Position numbers and translations under genes: made by a program. The notes under the pieces are model-generated. The model saw only the letters and a list, made by a program, of their open reading frames with translations, was not told the DNA's origin and did not search any database. Positions 29,608-42,490 of a stretch of DNA of 64,000 nucleotides are shown here, piece after piece. Origin of the DNA: Thermoplasmata archaeon (GTDB lineage Archaea > Thermoplasmatota > Thermoplasmata > Halarchaeoplasmatales > Halarchaeoplasmataceae); assembly GCA_003560595.1 (NCBI GenBank), contig PWKY01000066.1:226-64225 (forward strand). Direction: 5' to 3'. Position 1 is the first letter of the stretch. The number at the start of each line of letters is the position of its first letter.

Positions 29608-31050
29608 TTACTCGTTTGTTTCTAGGAATGCCATATAGCCTCTATAGGTGTGATGTAGATCTATCTTAGAGACGATCTCAAATGGTGAGTGCATACCTAG
29701 AACTGCAGGGCCTGCATCGATGGTTTCTATATTCAACCTAGATAGGTCCTTTGCCACCGTACCTCCTCCACCTTCATCGACTTTCCCCAACTCACATGCC
29801 TGCCAACGAACGTTCTTTTTATTGAATGTCCTCCGGATGAATGAAACGTACTCGGCATGTGCATCGTTAGCACTGTATTTTCCACCAGCTCCTGTGAATT
29901 TTGTAACAACTATACCCTGACTCATCTTAGGAGCGTTCATCATCTCGTGAACTCCTTTGAAGGACGGATTGACTCCCGCACTAACATCGCCGGATATGGC
30001 TTTGGAGTTGTTCAACGTTCTTTGGAGATCGTCGTAGCTGTACCCCTCAAGTATTCTATTCAACAGTTCTGACAAAAAGGAGTTCAAGAACATCGAACCG
30101 GCTCCGGTGTTACCAAGACTACCGATCTCCTCCTTATCGAACATCATCACTACTGAGGTTTTCTTGGGGGTATCCGGCAAGTCTATGCATGCCATCATAG
30201 ATGTATAGGCACATACTCTATCATCATGGCCGTAAGCTCCTATCATACTCCTATCCAATCCAACATCTCTAGCCGGGCCGGACGGCACTATCTCGATCTC
30301 GGCGCTTATGAAGTCTTCTTCTTTTATCCCGTATTCATCGTTGAGGAGTTTCAAAATATTCATCTTTAGTTTACTATCTATGTCATCATCATCGATAGGT
30401 CTGCCGCCAACGATTATATTCAGTTCTTCACCCTTTATCACTTCTGCCATCTTTCTTTTTCCCTGGGCCTTTTTAGAGAGATGTGGTAAAAGGTCTGTGA
30501 TCACTACAACGGGATCATCTTCATCTTCTCCAATCCTTATATCTACCTTTGAACCATCCTCTTTTACTACTTTACCGAAGATGGATAATGGGGTGTTAAC
30601 CCATTGATATTTCTTTATACCTCCGTAATAATGTGTTTTGAATATGGCTAAAAGAGAATCGTTATCCTCGTACAGTGGTCTCGCCTTAAGGTCGATCCTT
30701 GGTGAATCGATATGGCTGGCCAATATGTTACATCCCTTTCTTATATCATCTTCACCGATAACTGCGATCGCCAGTGATTTATCTCTGTTGTTCAAGAATA
30801 CTTTATCTCCCTTGGCTAGCTTTTCAAAATCGTGGATCGATCTAAATCCGTTATCAGTAAGTATCTCTTCTGCTACGTCTACTGCCTCTCTTTCTGTTTT
30901 TGCCCTAGTTATGTAATCTTTGTATCCCTGGGCAAAATCCATTATATTTTTCAGATCCTTTTCATCCGTTTCCTTCCAAGCGGACTCGAGTTTTAAAGTG
31001 AGTTCGTCTTCCAGTTTACTCTCTTCTTTTGATGGCATGTATATCAGCAA
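29608..31050 (-). CDS. M18-family aminopeptidase (aspartyl/DAP aminopeptidase-like)
   Basis: HIDSP motif and overall collinearity with M18 peptidases. Confidence 0.7.
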   Translation of the reverse strand: MLIYMPSKEESKLEDELTLKLESAWKETDEKDLKNIMDFAQGYKDYITRAKTEREAVDVAEEILTDNGFRSIHDFEKLAKGDKVFLNNRDKSLAIAVIGEDDIRKGCNILASHIDSPRIDLKARPLYEDNDSLLAIFKTHYYGGIKKYQWVNTPLSIFGKVVKEDGSKVDIRIGEDEDDPVVVITDLLPHLSKKAQGKRKMAEVIKGEELNIIVGGRPIDDDDIDSKLKMNILKLLNDEYGIKEEDFISAEIEIVPSGPARDVGLDRSMIGAYGHDDRVCAYTSMMACIDLPDTPKKTSVVMMFDKEEIGSLGNTGAGSMFLNSFLSELLNRILEGYSYDDLQRTLNNSKAISGDVSAGVNPSFKGVHEMMNAPKMSQGIVVTKFTGAGGKYSANDAHAEYVSFIRRTFNKKNVRWQACELGKVDEGGGGTVAKDLSRLNIETIDAGPAVLGMHSPFEIVSKIDLHHTYRGYMAFLETNE

Positions 31051-31238
31051 AAGCTAGCAAGTTTGTGTACCTATATTATATTTTCGTCTTCATGCAAGGG
31101 TTACCGTCGTTTGATACATATGAAAGAGTTTTAATGTATGAAATTATCGCCATAAATATGTGCGAAAGACTTATAAAGGGAATGTATATTGAATAACTTG
31201 ATTTACCAAATCACAAATTACTGGACAGTGCTTCAACC

Positions 31239-33561
<2,323 letters not shown>

Positions 33562-33564
33562 ATC

Positions 33565-34485
33565 TCAAAGAAATCCTCCTATGATCAATGGAAGAAGCAC
33601 GGTAGCATCTCCTTCAACAGTGACTCTGTTGGCCATATCCCGTATCTTACCCCAGGATATAGCCTCTCTCAATCTAGCTCCTGAAAGTGAACCGTCGTAC
33701 TCCACCGCAGTGGTTATGTAAACGGCGTGATCCAACCCACCTCTAAACTGGTTCCACCAGATGGTATGGTGTTTGGATATACCTCCTCCTATCATCAACG
33801 CACCGCTTTCTTGAGCTGGAAATACTATATCGGCCAGATCCTCTTGATCTTTCATAAGGTCTATGTGAAAATCTTTGTTCCGCTGCCAGTACATCCAAAG
33901 CTGTGTTCCGAATGCCCCGTCGGTTATCCCGGGTACGAATATCGGCACCTGGTTCTTGGCGGCCCAATATAGGATCGAATCCTTGTCTTTCAAGCGTTTT
34001 CCGAACTCCCATATGATCTCTTTAGTACTCAGTTTAGCCCCCCTTTCTTCAACGATCTCTTCTAGGATCGGTTGCATGTTATCTTCGATAACCTGACCGT
34101 AGGATGAGTTAGGTATGAATATGTTACCCAGTCGGTTAACACCTTCTTTGTAAAGGGTGGAATCATCGGCATTAAAGCTGCCGTGATAGTAATCCTCCCA
34201 TACCCGTGCTAGATCATGGTCCAATGTTCCGCAGGTAGTGATCATCACATCGAACAGCCCATTTTTTACCGCTTCTTTTATTATACCTCTGGTCCCAGTA
34301 GATATTATACATGCAGGGAACGACAAAAAGTTCGTGCATTCTTCGTGGAACATATTTTCCAGGATATCCCGTGCCAAGCTTACTTTTTTTGCTGTGAATC
34401 CACCGGCTGAACCGTATTGATCTATCAGCTCGGAAAGACTGGTTTCACCATCTATTTTTAGATCCTCAACCTTTTTTCTTTTCAT
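33565..34485 (-). CDS. dys: Deoxyhypusine synthase
   Basis: Collinear with DHS (GGFTAKKVS, TTCGTLDHD blocks). Confidence 0.85.
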   Translation of the reverse strand: MKRKKVEDLKIDGETSLSELIDQYGSAGGFTAKKVSLARDILENMFHEECTNFLSFPACIISTGTRGIIKEAVKNGLFDVMITTCGTLDHDLARVWEDYYHGSFNADDSTLYKEGVNRLGNIFIPNSSYGQVIEDNMQPILEEIVEERGAKLSTKEIIWEFGKRLKDKDSILYWAAKNQVPIFVPGITDGAFGTQLWMYWQRNKDFHIDLMKDQEDLADIVFPAQESGALMIGGGISKHHTIWWNQFRGGLDHAVYITTAVEYDGSLSGARLREAISWGKIRDMANRVTVEGDATVLLPLIIGGFL

Positions 34486-34523
34486 CTTTAGACTTGAAAA
34501 CTTTGTTTGATAAAAGTTTGATG

Positions 34524-34565
34524 GTGTGTCTAATGTCAGACGATTTTTTTATAATGTCAGACATT
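34524..34565. promoter_or_regulatory. Direct repeat TAATGTCAGAC x2 (21-bp register) containing the TGTC-A-GACA palindrome, about 115 bp upstream of ftsZ
   Basis: Read directly at 34531-34541 and 34552-34562. Confidence 0.35.
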
Positions 34566-34677
34566 TGGCACATTTTATTTCGATTACGTAGGACGAGATA
34601 TGGATATTCGTCATCTTACGAGCTTAAAAAAGAACAACTCTTAAATACCTCCAATTAGATAGCGGGACAATAAATGG

Positions 34678-35814
34678 ATGGGATCCAATATGGAGTCTAT
34701 AATTAACAAAGCTTTGGATAAGCACAAAAAAGAAGAAGAAACCGGTGTGGAAAAAAAACGTATAGAAGAGTTAGAAGGTGCGCCGGAAGATGAAGAGCTT
34801 CGCAAGCTTTTGGAAACGATCGAAGTCAAGATCAGGATATTTGGTTGTGGAGGCGGCGGCTCAAATACCATCGACCGTCTGACACAAACCGGTATAACGG
34901 GTGCTGAATTGATCGCTTGTAATACTGATGCTAACCATCTCCTGCAGACTCATGCACAAAAAAAGGTTCTACTTGGAAAGAATAAAACAAGAGGACTGGG
35001 TGCAGGCGCTCGACCTGAGATAGGAGAGGAATCTGCAAGGGAGGCACAAGAACAACTTAAGAGATACGTTGACAATTCAGACATAGTGTTCATCACCGCC
35101 GGGATGGGCGGTGGTACTGGTACGGGTGCAGCTCCTGTGATCGCCCAGATGGCAGACGATGAAGGTGCCCTCACCATGGGTATCGTTACCATGCCTTTCC
35201 AAGCAGAAGGAAGAGAAAGGATGAGAAATGCTCAAAAAGGTCTAATGAAGATGGAGAGACATTGTGACACTACCGTCATAATACCCAACGATAAATTGCT
35301 AGACCTTGTTCCTAATTTACCCTTGGATGCTGCCTTTAAGGTGGCGGACGAGATATTGATGGAATCTATAAAGGGAATAACAGAGATAATCACAAAGCCC
35401 GGACTCGTCAACCTTGATTACAACGACGTTCGAACCATAATGGACGAAGGAGGACTAGCCATGATCGGGATCGGCGATTCCGACGATCCGAATACTCGAG
35501 TTGAAGATGCAGTATCTCAGGCATTAGGTTCACCATTACTGGGTGATATCGATGTCAGCGAATCAAAGGGCGCTTTGATACGTGTTACCGGCGGACCTGA
35601 CATGACCGTCACCGAGGCACAAAAAGCCGCGGACCTTGTCAACGAACGCATCTCCAAGGACGCAAGGATAATCTGGGGCTGTAACGTAGAAGAAGACCTA
35701 AAGAATACCATAAAGATACTACTGGTCATAACCAACGTGCACTCGGATACCGAAGAATTCGCCAAGATGTCCATGGGCGGTTCCTTGGACGGCGGCATCG
35801 ACATGGTTAATTGA
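34678..35814 (+). CDS. ftsZ: Cell division GTPase FtsZ (full length)
   Basis: GCGGGGSN, AGMGGGTGTGAAPVIA and the C-terminal T7-loop domain are all present. Confidence 0.9.
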   Translation: MGSNMESIINKALDKHKKEEETGVEKKRIEELEGAPEDEELRKLLETIEVKIRIFGCGGGGSNTIDRLTQTGITGAELIACNTDANHLLQTHAQKKVLLGKNKTRGLGAGARPEIGEESAREAQEQLKRYVDNSDIVFITAGMGGGTGTGAAPVIAQMADDEGALTMGIVTMPFQAEGRERMRNAQKGLMKMERHCDTTVIIPNDKLLDLVPNLPLDAAFKVADEILMESIKGITEIITKPGLVNLDYNDVRTIMDEGGLAMIGIGDSDDPNTRVEDAVSQALGSPLLGDIDVSESKGALIRVTGGPDMTVTEAQKAADLVNERISKDARIIWGCNVEEDLKNTIKILLVITNVHSDTEEFAKMSMGGSLDGGIDMVN

Positions 35815-35855
35815 TACCCAAAAATCCTTAACCCCTTCTCTTTTTCTTTATCTGC

Positions 35856-36455
35856 ATGATAGCTAAAGGTGCAGGCAAGCCGCTGCTTTACATGATAATC
35901 CCATCGTTCATGTCATACGTTCTTTTCATCTTTATAGGATGTACTATCCTCTTTTTGTTGGGTACCCTTTTTTTAACATTACCGTTATTCACACTCTTTT
36001 TCTTCAGGGATCCTGAGAGGAACATAGGTGATGGTATCATATCACCTGCCGACGGTAGAGTGATAAACGTTACAGAAAGCTCTTTTGATGTATTCATGAG
36101 TGCTACCAACGTTCACGTTAACCGGAGTCCGGACTCCGGAAGGGTAGCAAAGATGGTTCATCGGTCAGGAACTCATCGACCGGCCTATTCAGATGATATA
36201 AGTGGTAACGAGAGGTTGACGACAACCCTGGAGACAGATGAGGGGTCTGTACGCATAACTCAGATAGCGGGTATCTTTGCAAGAAGGATCGTACCCTATG
36301 TTTCAGAGGGGGATGAGATAAAAAAGGGTGATAAGATCGGTATGATAAGGTTCGGTTCCCGGGTGAGGGTTGAACTCCCACCGACTGCAAAGATCACTAT
36401 TTCAAATGGTGTGATAGTAAGGGCCGGTGAAACAAAGGTGGGTGAATGGTCTTGA
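35856..36455 (+). CDS. psd: Phosphatidylserine (archaetidylserine) decarboxylase proenzyme
   Basis: PSD family blocks including the FGSR self-cleavage region. Confidence 0.8.
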   Translation: MIAKGAGKPLLYMIIPSFMSYVLFIFIGCTILFLLGTLFLTLPLFTLFFFRDPERNIGDGIISPADGRVINVTESSFDVFMSATNVHVNRSPDSGRVAKMVHRSGTHRPAYSDDISGNERLTTTLETDEGSVRITQIAGIFARRIVPYVSEGDEIKKGDKIGMIRFGSRVRVELPPTAKITISNGVIVRAGETKVGEWS

Positions 36456-37189
36456 CCGATAGCAGGAAATTGACCTTAGCGGATGCAGTTACACTGTTCA
36501 ATGGATTACTGGGTTTTCTAGCCATCACCTATATAGTTGATGGTAGATTCTTCGAGGCCTCGATACTCATATTATCATCCGTCGTGGTCGATGGTTTAGA
36601 TGGTATTATAGCCAGAGGTATGGGAACAACACACGAGGTTGGCGCATATCTTGACCTTTTTTCAGATTCGGTATCATTCTGCTTTGCACCGGCGTTGCTG
36701 ATATACTCCTTGTATTACGACAAAGAATTAGGACGTGCATGGATGTCACCGGTTAACGCCGCAGCCACAGTCATTCCTATGGTCATAGTGTTCTTCGGGG
36801 TGCTTCGCCTTTCCAGGTTTGCAGATAAAGAGAGTACCTCTGATTTTTACAACGGATTACCGGTACCAGTATTGGCTATGGTGATAGTGCTGCTCACAAA
36901 TCTACTAGGTGTCAACGGTAAGATCAATATTTCAATAGTTTTAAGCATCACTGTAGCCATCTCCCTGCTTTTATATTCAAGTATCAAGTATCCTAAATTA
37001 CGCCGCAGGGGATGGACCATAACTGGAGCCATGGTTTTATCGGCAGCCTTTTTAGGTATGATCTTAACGAAAAGTAGTTATGCCTTGGGCAGCATACTCC
37101 TTTTTGCTGCACTATCATCGTGCATATTGTATATAATAATAGGACCAATGGTGGTTGGATATGAAGAAAAATCCGGAAGAGATAGCTGA
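36446..37189 (+). CDS. CDP-alcohol phosphatidyltransferase (archaetidylserine synthase-like)
   Basis: DG..AR..G motif (VVDGLDGIIARGMG), polytopic; adjacent to psd. Confidence 0.8.
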   Translation: MVLTDSRKLTLADAVTLFNGLLGFLAITYIVDGRFFEASILILSSVVVDGLDGIIARGMGTTHEVGAYLDLFSDSVSFCFAPALLIYSLYYDKELGRAWMSPVNAAATVIPMVIVFFGVLRLSRFADKESTSDFYNGLPVPVLAMVIVLLTNLLGVNGKINISIVLSITVAISLLLYSSIKYPKLRRRGWTITGAMVLSAAFLGMILTKSSYALGSILLFAALSSCILYIIIGPMVVGYEEKSGRDS

Positions 37190-37547
37190 AGATTACTTTG
37201 GCTGTAATGACAGAGAAAGAGCGGCCTTTGAGCTCGGTATTAAACTGGGAGCTTTATTTCATCAATTCGTAGGGGCTCCGGTGAGCAGTGAAAATATCGA
37301 AGTACTCGAACGGGCCATCGAAAAGACTACGGAAAGACAGGCCTTTGTAAAAAATGCCGAGGTCCATATAATCCCCAAGGGATTGGAAAGGCGTACTGAA
37401 TCGGTTTTTCATGATTATACCACATTATCCGGGGATATGTTGGATGCCACGGTAGAAGTTGATTTTAAAGGCATAAATGCAAAAGGCAGACTGAAGTATG
37501 TAGAGGAGTTGGATTACCCTCTTATGTATATCGAATATATCAAATAA
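37155..37547 (+). CDS. DUF381/MptD-like protein (possible archaeal dihydroneopterin aldolase family)
   Basis: ERAAFELGIKLGALFHQFVG block recalled from the MptD family; the call rests on memory of that family. Confidence 0.45.
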   Translation: MDMKKNPEEIAEDYFGCNDRERAAFELGIKLGALFHQFVGAPVSSENIEVLERAIEKTTERQAFVKNAEVHIIPKGLERRTESVFHDYTTLSGDMLDATVEVDFKGINAKGRLKYVEELDYPLMYIEYIK

Positions 37548-37608
37548 AGAGCTTTCAAATCACACAAATAATTATTTTAATCAGTAGAGCTATTAGGGGA
37601 TAGATATT

Positions 37609-38157
37609 ATGGCAAGAAGTTTAAAGATAGGGATCAGTGGTACCTTAGGTTTGGGTAAAACTGAAACCCTCATACGGATCATCGACATGCTTAAAGAAGA
37701 AGGGATATCGGTGGGAGGTATGTTGACCGATCCTATCTTCGAAGATAACAGACAGGTTGGTTTTCAGGTGATGGACTGGCGAAACAAGGAAAAGGGGGTA
37801 TTCGCCCATCTATACATAGACACGTCTTTAGAGGTAAATGGGTACAATGTTGATCTTGATACTTTAGAAGAAGTAGGAGTTAAAGCTATCGAACAGGCTT
37901 GTATTGAAGAAGATGTTGTTTTAGTGGATGAAGCCGGAAAGATGATGGTAAAAAGTGATAAGTTCAACCTAGCAGTTAAAAACGCTCTTAACATGGACAA
38001 ACCTGTTATACTCACTTTTAATAAAAAATCAAGGAATCCACTCCTTCAAGATGTAAGACGCAGGGACGACATCAGGATACTTGAACTGACAGAAGTAAAC
38101 AAAGAGCTTTTGCCCTACAAAGTTGTCGAACTGCTCAAAGGTGAAGTAGAGAGATGA
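37609..38157 (+). CDS. Nucleoside-triphosphatase THEP1 family
   Basis: P-loop GTLGLGKT, VLVDEAGKM Walker B-like; size 182 aa. Confidence 0.65.
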   Translation: MARSLKIGISGTLGLGKTETLIRIIDMLKEEGISVGGMLTDPIFEDNRQVGFQVMDWRNKEKGVFAHLYIDTSLEVNGYNVDLDTLEEVGVKAIEQACIEEDVVLVDEAGKMMVKSDKFNLAVKNALNMDKPVILTFNKKSRNPLLQDVRRRDDIRILELTEVNKELLPYKVVELLKGEVER

Positions 38158-39221
38158 AGGACGTGGAATACGTCACCATCAAAGAAGGGAGAACAACTTT
38201 GTTAGTGCCCCCTCACCAAGAGGGAAAGGGACCAAAAGGTATAGGTGATGAGGTATTTTTTAATCCGGCCATGGAGTTGAACAGGGATATATCCATCGCT
38301 TTTCTCCGGGCTTGGGGGGTAGATGGGAAAAAGGTATTGGACGGTATGTCTGCAACCGGTGTCCGTGGTGTAAGGATAGCAAATGAGACCGATGCCCAGG
38401 AAGTGGTGATGCTTGATCTTTACCAAGAGGCGGTTGATATGATAAATAAAAATATCGAGCACTCAGGTGTTCGAGCAGATGTTAGGAAGGAGTCCATAGA
38501 AGGCCACATGCTTAACAATAGGTACAAGTACGATTATGTGGATATCGACCCCTTCGGTACCCCTGTTCCTTATTTTCCATCGGCCGCCAGGTTCGTATCT
38601 CGTGGAGGGATAGTTGCTGTAACTGCCACAGATACCGCTGTTCTCTGCGGTACGTACAAACAAAAATGTTTACGGCGTTATTCTGCCATCCCTAAAAATA
38701 ACTGGTGCTGTCATGAGATCGGTTTACGGATACTCATAGGATATTGTGCTAGGGAAGCTGCAAGATACGGTAGAGGTGCTGTGCCCATCCTTTCATACTA
38801 CGATGGTCATCACTTTAGAACCTATCTGAAGATTAACGAAAGTGCTGCGGAAGCCGACGCCTCTTTAGATGAACTTCGAACTTACAAGTTTTCAAACTAT
38901 AGTTGGAAAGAGGGTGCTGGAACAGGTCCTTTATGGGGCGGCTCACTTTTCCATGAAGATATTTTAAATGATCTAAAGCCTGCAGGATCTTTGGACGATG
39001 ATCTGATAGATACATGGGTTTCCGAGAGCACCTTACCCCCCTTCTTTTACGATACAAATGTTTTGGGCAGTATCGTGGGCAAGTCCCCACCAAGGCTAAA
39101 AAAGATGATATCTGCCATGAAAAGATCAAGTCATCGAACAACCAGAACCCACTTCTCACCCACCGCCTTCAAAACCGACGCAGATCCAGAAACTGTTCTA
39201 GAGATATTCAAAGATCTTTGA
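38154..39221 (+). CDS. trm1: tRNA (guanine26-N2)-dimethyltransferase
   Basis: SATGVRGVRIANE SAM-binding block and overall Trm1 collinearity. Confidence 0.85.
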   Translation: MKDVEYVTIKEGRTTLLVPPHQEGKGPKGIGDEVFFNPAMELNRDISIAFLRAWGVDGKKVLDGMSATGVRGVRIANETDAQEVVMLDLYQEAVDMINKNIEHSGVRADVRKESIEGHMLNNRYKYDYVDIDPFGTPVPYFPSAARFVSRGGIVAVTATDTAVLCGTYKQKCLRRYSAIPKNNWCCHEIGLRILIGYCAREAARYGRGAVPILSYYDGHHFRTYLKINESAAEADASLDELRTYKFSNYSWKEGAGTGPLWGGSLFHEDILNDLKPAGSLDDDLIDTWVSESTLPPFFYDTNVLGSIVGKSPPRLKKMISAMKRSSHRTTRTHFSPTAFKTDADPETVLEIFKDL

Positions 39222-40938
39222 TCACTCTGTGTGTATACTCGATGATGGGACATTTTTTTAAGCATCTTCCACAGCTAGTGCATCTTTCCTGGTATATATT
39301 GATACCTTGCTTTAAGTACAAGGCATCCTCGGGACATGCGGATACGCACACACCGCATTCACTACAGTGTTGGATCCTCATCTGTATGTTCAAGATATCT
39401 TCTTTACTTCTTTTTTCGCCTAAAACTTTCATCATTGGATGTTCCATTAGTTCATCATTTAAAGCCGGCTCATGTTCTGTTCTAGCTTCTCCGCCTGCGT
39501 TTATCATATCCATGATCTCCTTGGGTACGTTCAACCATCTCCACAGCCCTAGGTCGATCCATGCCTGTGAAAGCCCCCTCTTCTTTTTGTGATCTTTTAA
39601 AAATTCTTCGAATCGACTGTATCCATCGAACTCCTCTTTTAAAAATTCGAGCTCTGCTAGATCCGACGCAGGACAGACCCAGCACCCTATGCGTTCGAAG
39701 CCCTTTTCATACCATGGATTGTAACTTGCCTTCTTCATGAATAGATATAACCATACATGCAGAGCAGTCCAATCTTGGATAGGAGATGCACCGATCTGCC
39801 CCGGCACCCATGGATTAGTCCATGTATCTCCATGTTCCATCCTATTTTGGGACTCGTATCGTCTTTGGCCTATGAAGGATAATACACCTTTCGGGAAGTG
39901 CTTTTTTATCAACAGCCCGGTAGGCCCAAGTTTGCATGTTTTACAGCACCAGCGATAGTCCCTTGCTGAAGGGCCGAAATGCAGGATATTATTCCAGTAA
40001 CCATCTTTAGAATCCGCTTTCAAAAGATTCAAGTCGTGTTTATTTACTACCTCTTCTATATTATCCAAGGTTTCCGGAAGTTCGATCCCCGTATCAACGA
40101 ATAATAGATCGGGCTTCAGATCGGCATCCATAACCAGGTGCAGTACAGCAAGTGAATCTTTACCTCCGCTGTAAGATACTGCGTAAGGAAGGTCGTATTC
40201 CTCGATCTTTGATAGGATGAACCTCTTTCCCTCCTCGACCTTCTTCTTCATCATATCCTCATTGGCTTTTATCACATCATCCCAAGTCCGTGTTCCAGAT
40301 GCAATCTCATCCTTTGATACTTTCCACCTTACTTTGACCCCCTTCCCCCTATCTGCGTTGAGAAGGGTGTCACCGTTTTTATAGGATGGTCCGGTTCCGA
40401 TTATCTTTTTATCCGGCCCCAATATCAACACTTCATCACCGATAGCTATTTTTTCATCTGCTTCTAAGATGCCGACTGCCAGGGCACTAGCACCGTTCGA
40501 TATGGGTTTTACCGCCCCTTTGTCCATGACCACGTAACCCTTTTTTGGCGTAGGCAATGTTTCCCACGGACGGATCAAAAAAACGAAGGGTTCTTTGTTA
40601 TCTATCTTTCTATCAACACAGTATCTGAGTATACCTCTGACCTTACCATCAACGATAACTTCGTCCATACGGTCTACGTCTGGAGAATTGTTCAGCAGCA
40701 CTACTTTATCATCCGGTATCACGTATTTTGAATATCCTTCACCCCACTGTCTATCTATGGTTTTTCTGATGAGTTGGATATCGCTATCGAATGCTGGTCT
40801 GACATCTCCTGGAGGGGTGATCTTTACAGGCTGACCCATATCACCACAGGTGCTGCATCTCCCTTTTTCCACCAATGGTAGATCACATCGGCTGCACCAA
40901 TGTAAGTTAACTCTACCTAGATATACTGCTGGCATCAC
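39208..40938 (-). CDS. PAPS-reductase-family PP-loop ATPase with N-terminal zinc ribbon/PUA-like region and C-terminal 2x[4Fe-4S] ferredoxin domain
   Basis: YAVSYSGGKDS PP-loop; CSRCDLPLVEKGRCSTCG zinc ribbon; CSECGVCVSACPEDA..CTSCGRCLKKCP ferredoxin motifs. Confidence 0.6.
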   Translation of the reverse strand: MMPAVYLGRVNLHWCSRCDLPLVEKGRCSTCGDMGQPVKITPPGDVRPAFDSDIQLIRKTIDRQWGEGYSKYVIPDDKVVLLNNSPDVDRMDEVIVDGKVRGILRYCVDRKIDNKEPFVFLIRPWETLPTPKKGYVVMDKGAVKPISNGASALAVGILEADEKIAIGDEVLILGPDKKIIGTGPSYKNGDTLLNADRGKGVKVRWKVSKDEIASGTRTWDDVIKANEDMMKKKVEEGKRFILSKIEEYDLPYAVSYSGGKDSLAVLHLVMDADLKPDLLFVDTGIELPETLDNIEEVVNKHDLNLLKADSKDGYWNNILHFGPSARDYRWCCKTCKLGPTGLLIKKHFPKGVLSFIGQRRYESQNRMEHGDTWTNPWVPGQIGASPIQDWTALHVWLYLFMKKASYNPWYEKGFERIGCWVCPASDLAELEFLKEEFDGYSRFEEFLKDHKKKRGLSQAWIDLGLWRWLNVPKEIMDMINAGGEARTEHEPALNDELMEHPMMKVLGEKRSKEDILNIQMRIQHCSECGVCVSACPEDALYLKQGINIYQERCTSCGRCLKKCPIIEYTHRVIKDL

Positions 40939-40993
40939 CTCTCAATCCTGTTGCATCGGATATAATCTTTGTGGAAACGAATATATGAGATTT

Positions 40994-42490
40994 TTACCGT
41001 CTGAACTTGAATATGGATGCTATCCTCTTTCTCTTATATAGTCCCGGGTTGAACAATACAACCGCTGTGAATATCTCTAGCCTGCCGATCCACATGAGTA
41101 TCGAGAGAAGTAAACGACCTGCTAAAGGTACTCCCCTGGCGTTGAATTCGGGGCCGAGTCCTGCTAGAGCGGGTCCAACGTTACTCATGGCCGAAACCGT
41201 GCCGGAGATACTTGTCATCATATCTAGACCTAGACCCACCAGTATCAGAGCACCTATCGCAAATATTAGTAGATAAGCCATGAAGAACATCGTTATACTG
41301 GTTAGAATTTTTTCATCGATCACCCTATCACCCAATCGTACCACTACCACTCTCCGTGGATTTATGAACTGTTTGAAACTCCTTAAGACGTTTTTAAAAA
41401 CCAGCATTATTCTAATTACCTTCATACCCCCGCCTGTCGAACCAGCAGATGCGCCGATGAACATCAGCAGAAATATTATCATCTTAGCCAATTTAGGCCA
41501 TCTATCGTAATTGGTGGTAGCGTATCCCGTACTGGTGCTTAGAGATACTACCTGAAATACTGCGTGACGTATCGATTCTGAAGCCACAATTCCCGTGTCT
41601 ATCAGAGCGATGCTGATCACCGCCGAGGCACCGATCAAGATACTTAGGAAAACCTGCAGCTCTCTATTTGAAATAGCCTTTTTAATATCCCCTTTAAATG
41701 CTTGATAGTGAAGTGAGAAGTTTATACCGCCCATAAGCATAAATCCGATGATGATCCATTGAACAGGCGAACCGAAGTAACCCACACTATCGGTGTAGGG
41801 TGAGAAACCGCCGGTGGACATAGTGGTGAAAGAGTGGTAAACTGAGTCGTAAAGGGATAACCCGGCGGCTAAAAGCATGATCGTTTGGCACAGTGTAAAT
41901 AGTGCATATATGTACCACAATATCTTTGCGGTTTCCATGATCTTGGGTTTAAGCCGGGTGATGGACGGGCCAGGAGCCTCGGATTCAAGTAAAGTAAGTC
42001 CGCCCCGTGTAAGCTTGCTCAAAATCGCCACGGATAGAACGATCACTCCCATACCACCCAACCACTGTAAAAGACCCCTCCAAAACATCACACTCTTGGG
42101 ATGCTGCTCTAGAGGATAAGGGAGTACTGTAGCTCCAGTGGTTGTCATACCCGACATGGCCTCGAAGAATCCGTCTATCGGGCTGGAAAGCATGCCGGAA
42201 AGTAAAAAGGGCATAGAAGATATAAGGGCCAGTACCAGCCATAAACTGCCGACTATCACCACTGCTTCATCATGGTGGAAGTCTTCAGCCTTTCCGAAGG
42301 TTTGCAGCGGATATCCCACGGTTATCGTGAAATTGGCCATGAATAAAAATATCAACGCATTGAGAGGTAGGAAACCAAAGACAAACGGTGCTTCATAGTA
42401 GTATAGTGCCGGGATCACCGGAACATAAAAGGCGAAACCGAATAAGGTCAGTATCGACCCTATGTTACCAAAAACCACCCTCCACCGCAT
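40994..42490 (-). CDS. trkH: Trk-type K+ uptake membrane subunit
   Basis: Polytopic 498 aa with repeated pore-loop GG motifs; adjacent trkA. Confidence 0.8.
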   Translation of the reverse strand: MRWRVVFGNIGSILTLFGFAFYVPVIPALYYYEAPFVFGFLPLNALIFLFMANFTITVGYPLQTFGKAEDFHHDEAVVIVGSLWLVLALISSMPFLLSGMLSSPIDGFFEAMSGMTTTGATVLPYPLEQHPKSVMFWRGLLQWLGGMGVIVLSVAILSKLTRGGLTLLESEAPGPSITRLKPKIMETAKILWYIYALFTLCQTIMLLAAGLSLYDSVYHSFTTMSTGGFSPYTDSVGYFGSPVQWIIIGFMLMGGINFSLHYQAFKGDIKKAISNRELQVFLSILIGASAVISIALIDTGIVASESIRHAVFQVVSLSTSTGYATTNYDRWPKLAKMIIFLLMFIGASAGSTGGGMKVIRIMLVFKNVLRSFKQFINPRRVVVVRLGDRVIDEKILTSITMFFMAYLLIFAIGALILVGLGLDMMTSISGTVSAMSNVGPALAGLGPEFNARGVPLAGRLLLSILMWIGRLEIFTAVVLFNPGLYKRKRIASIFKFRR

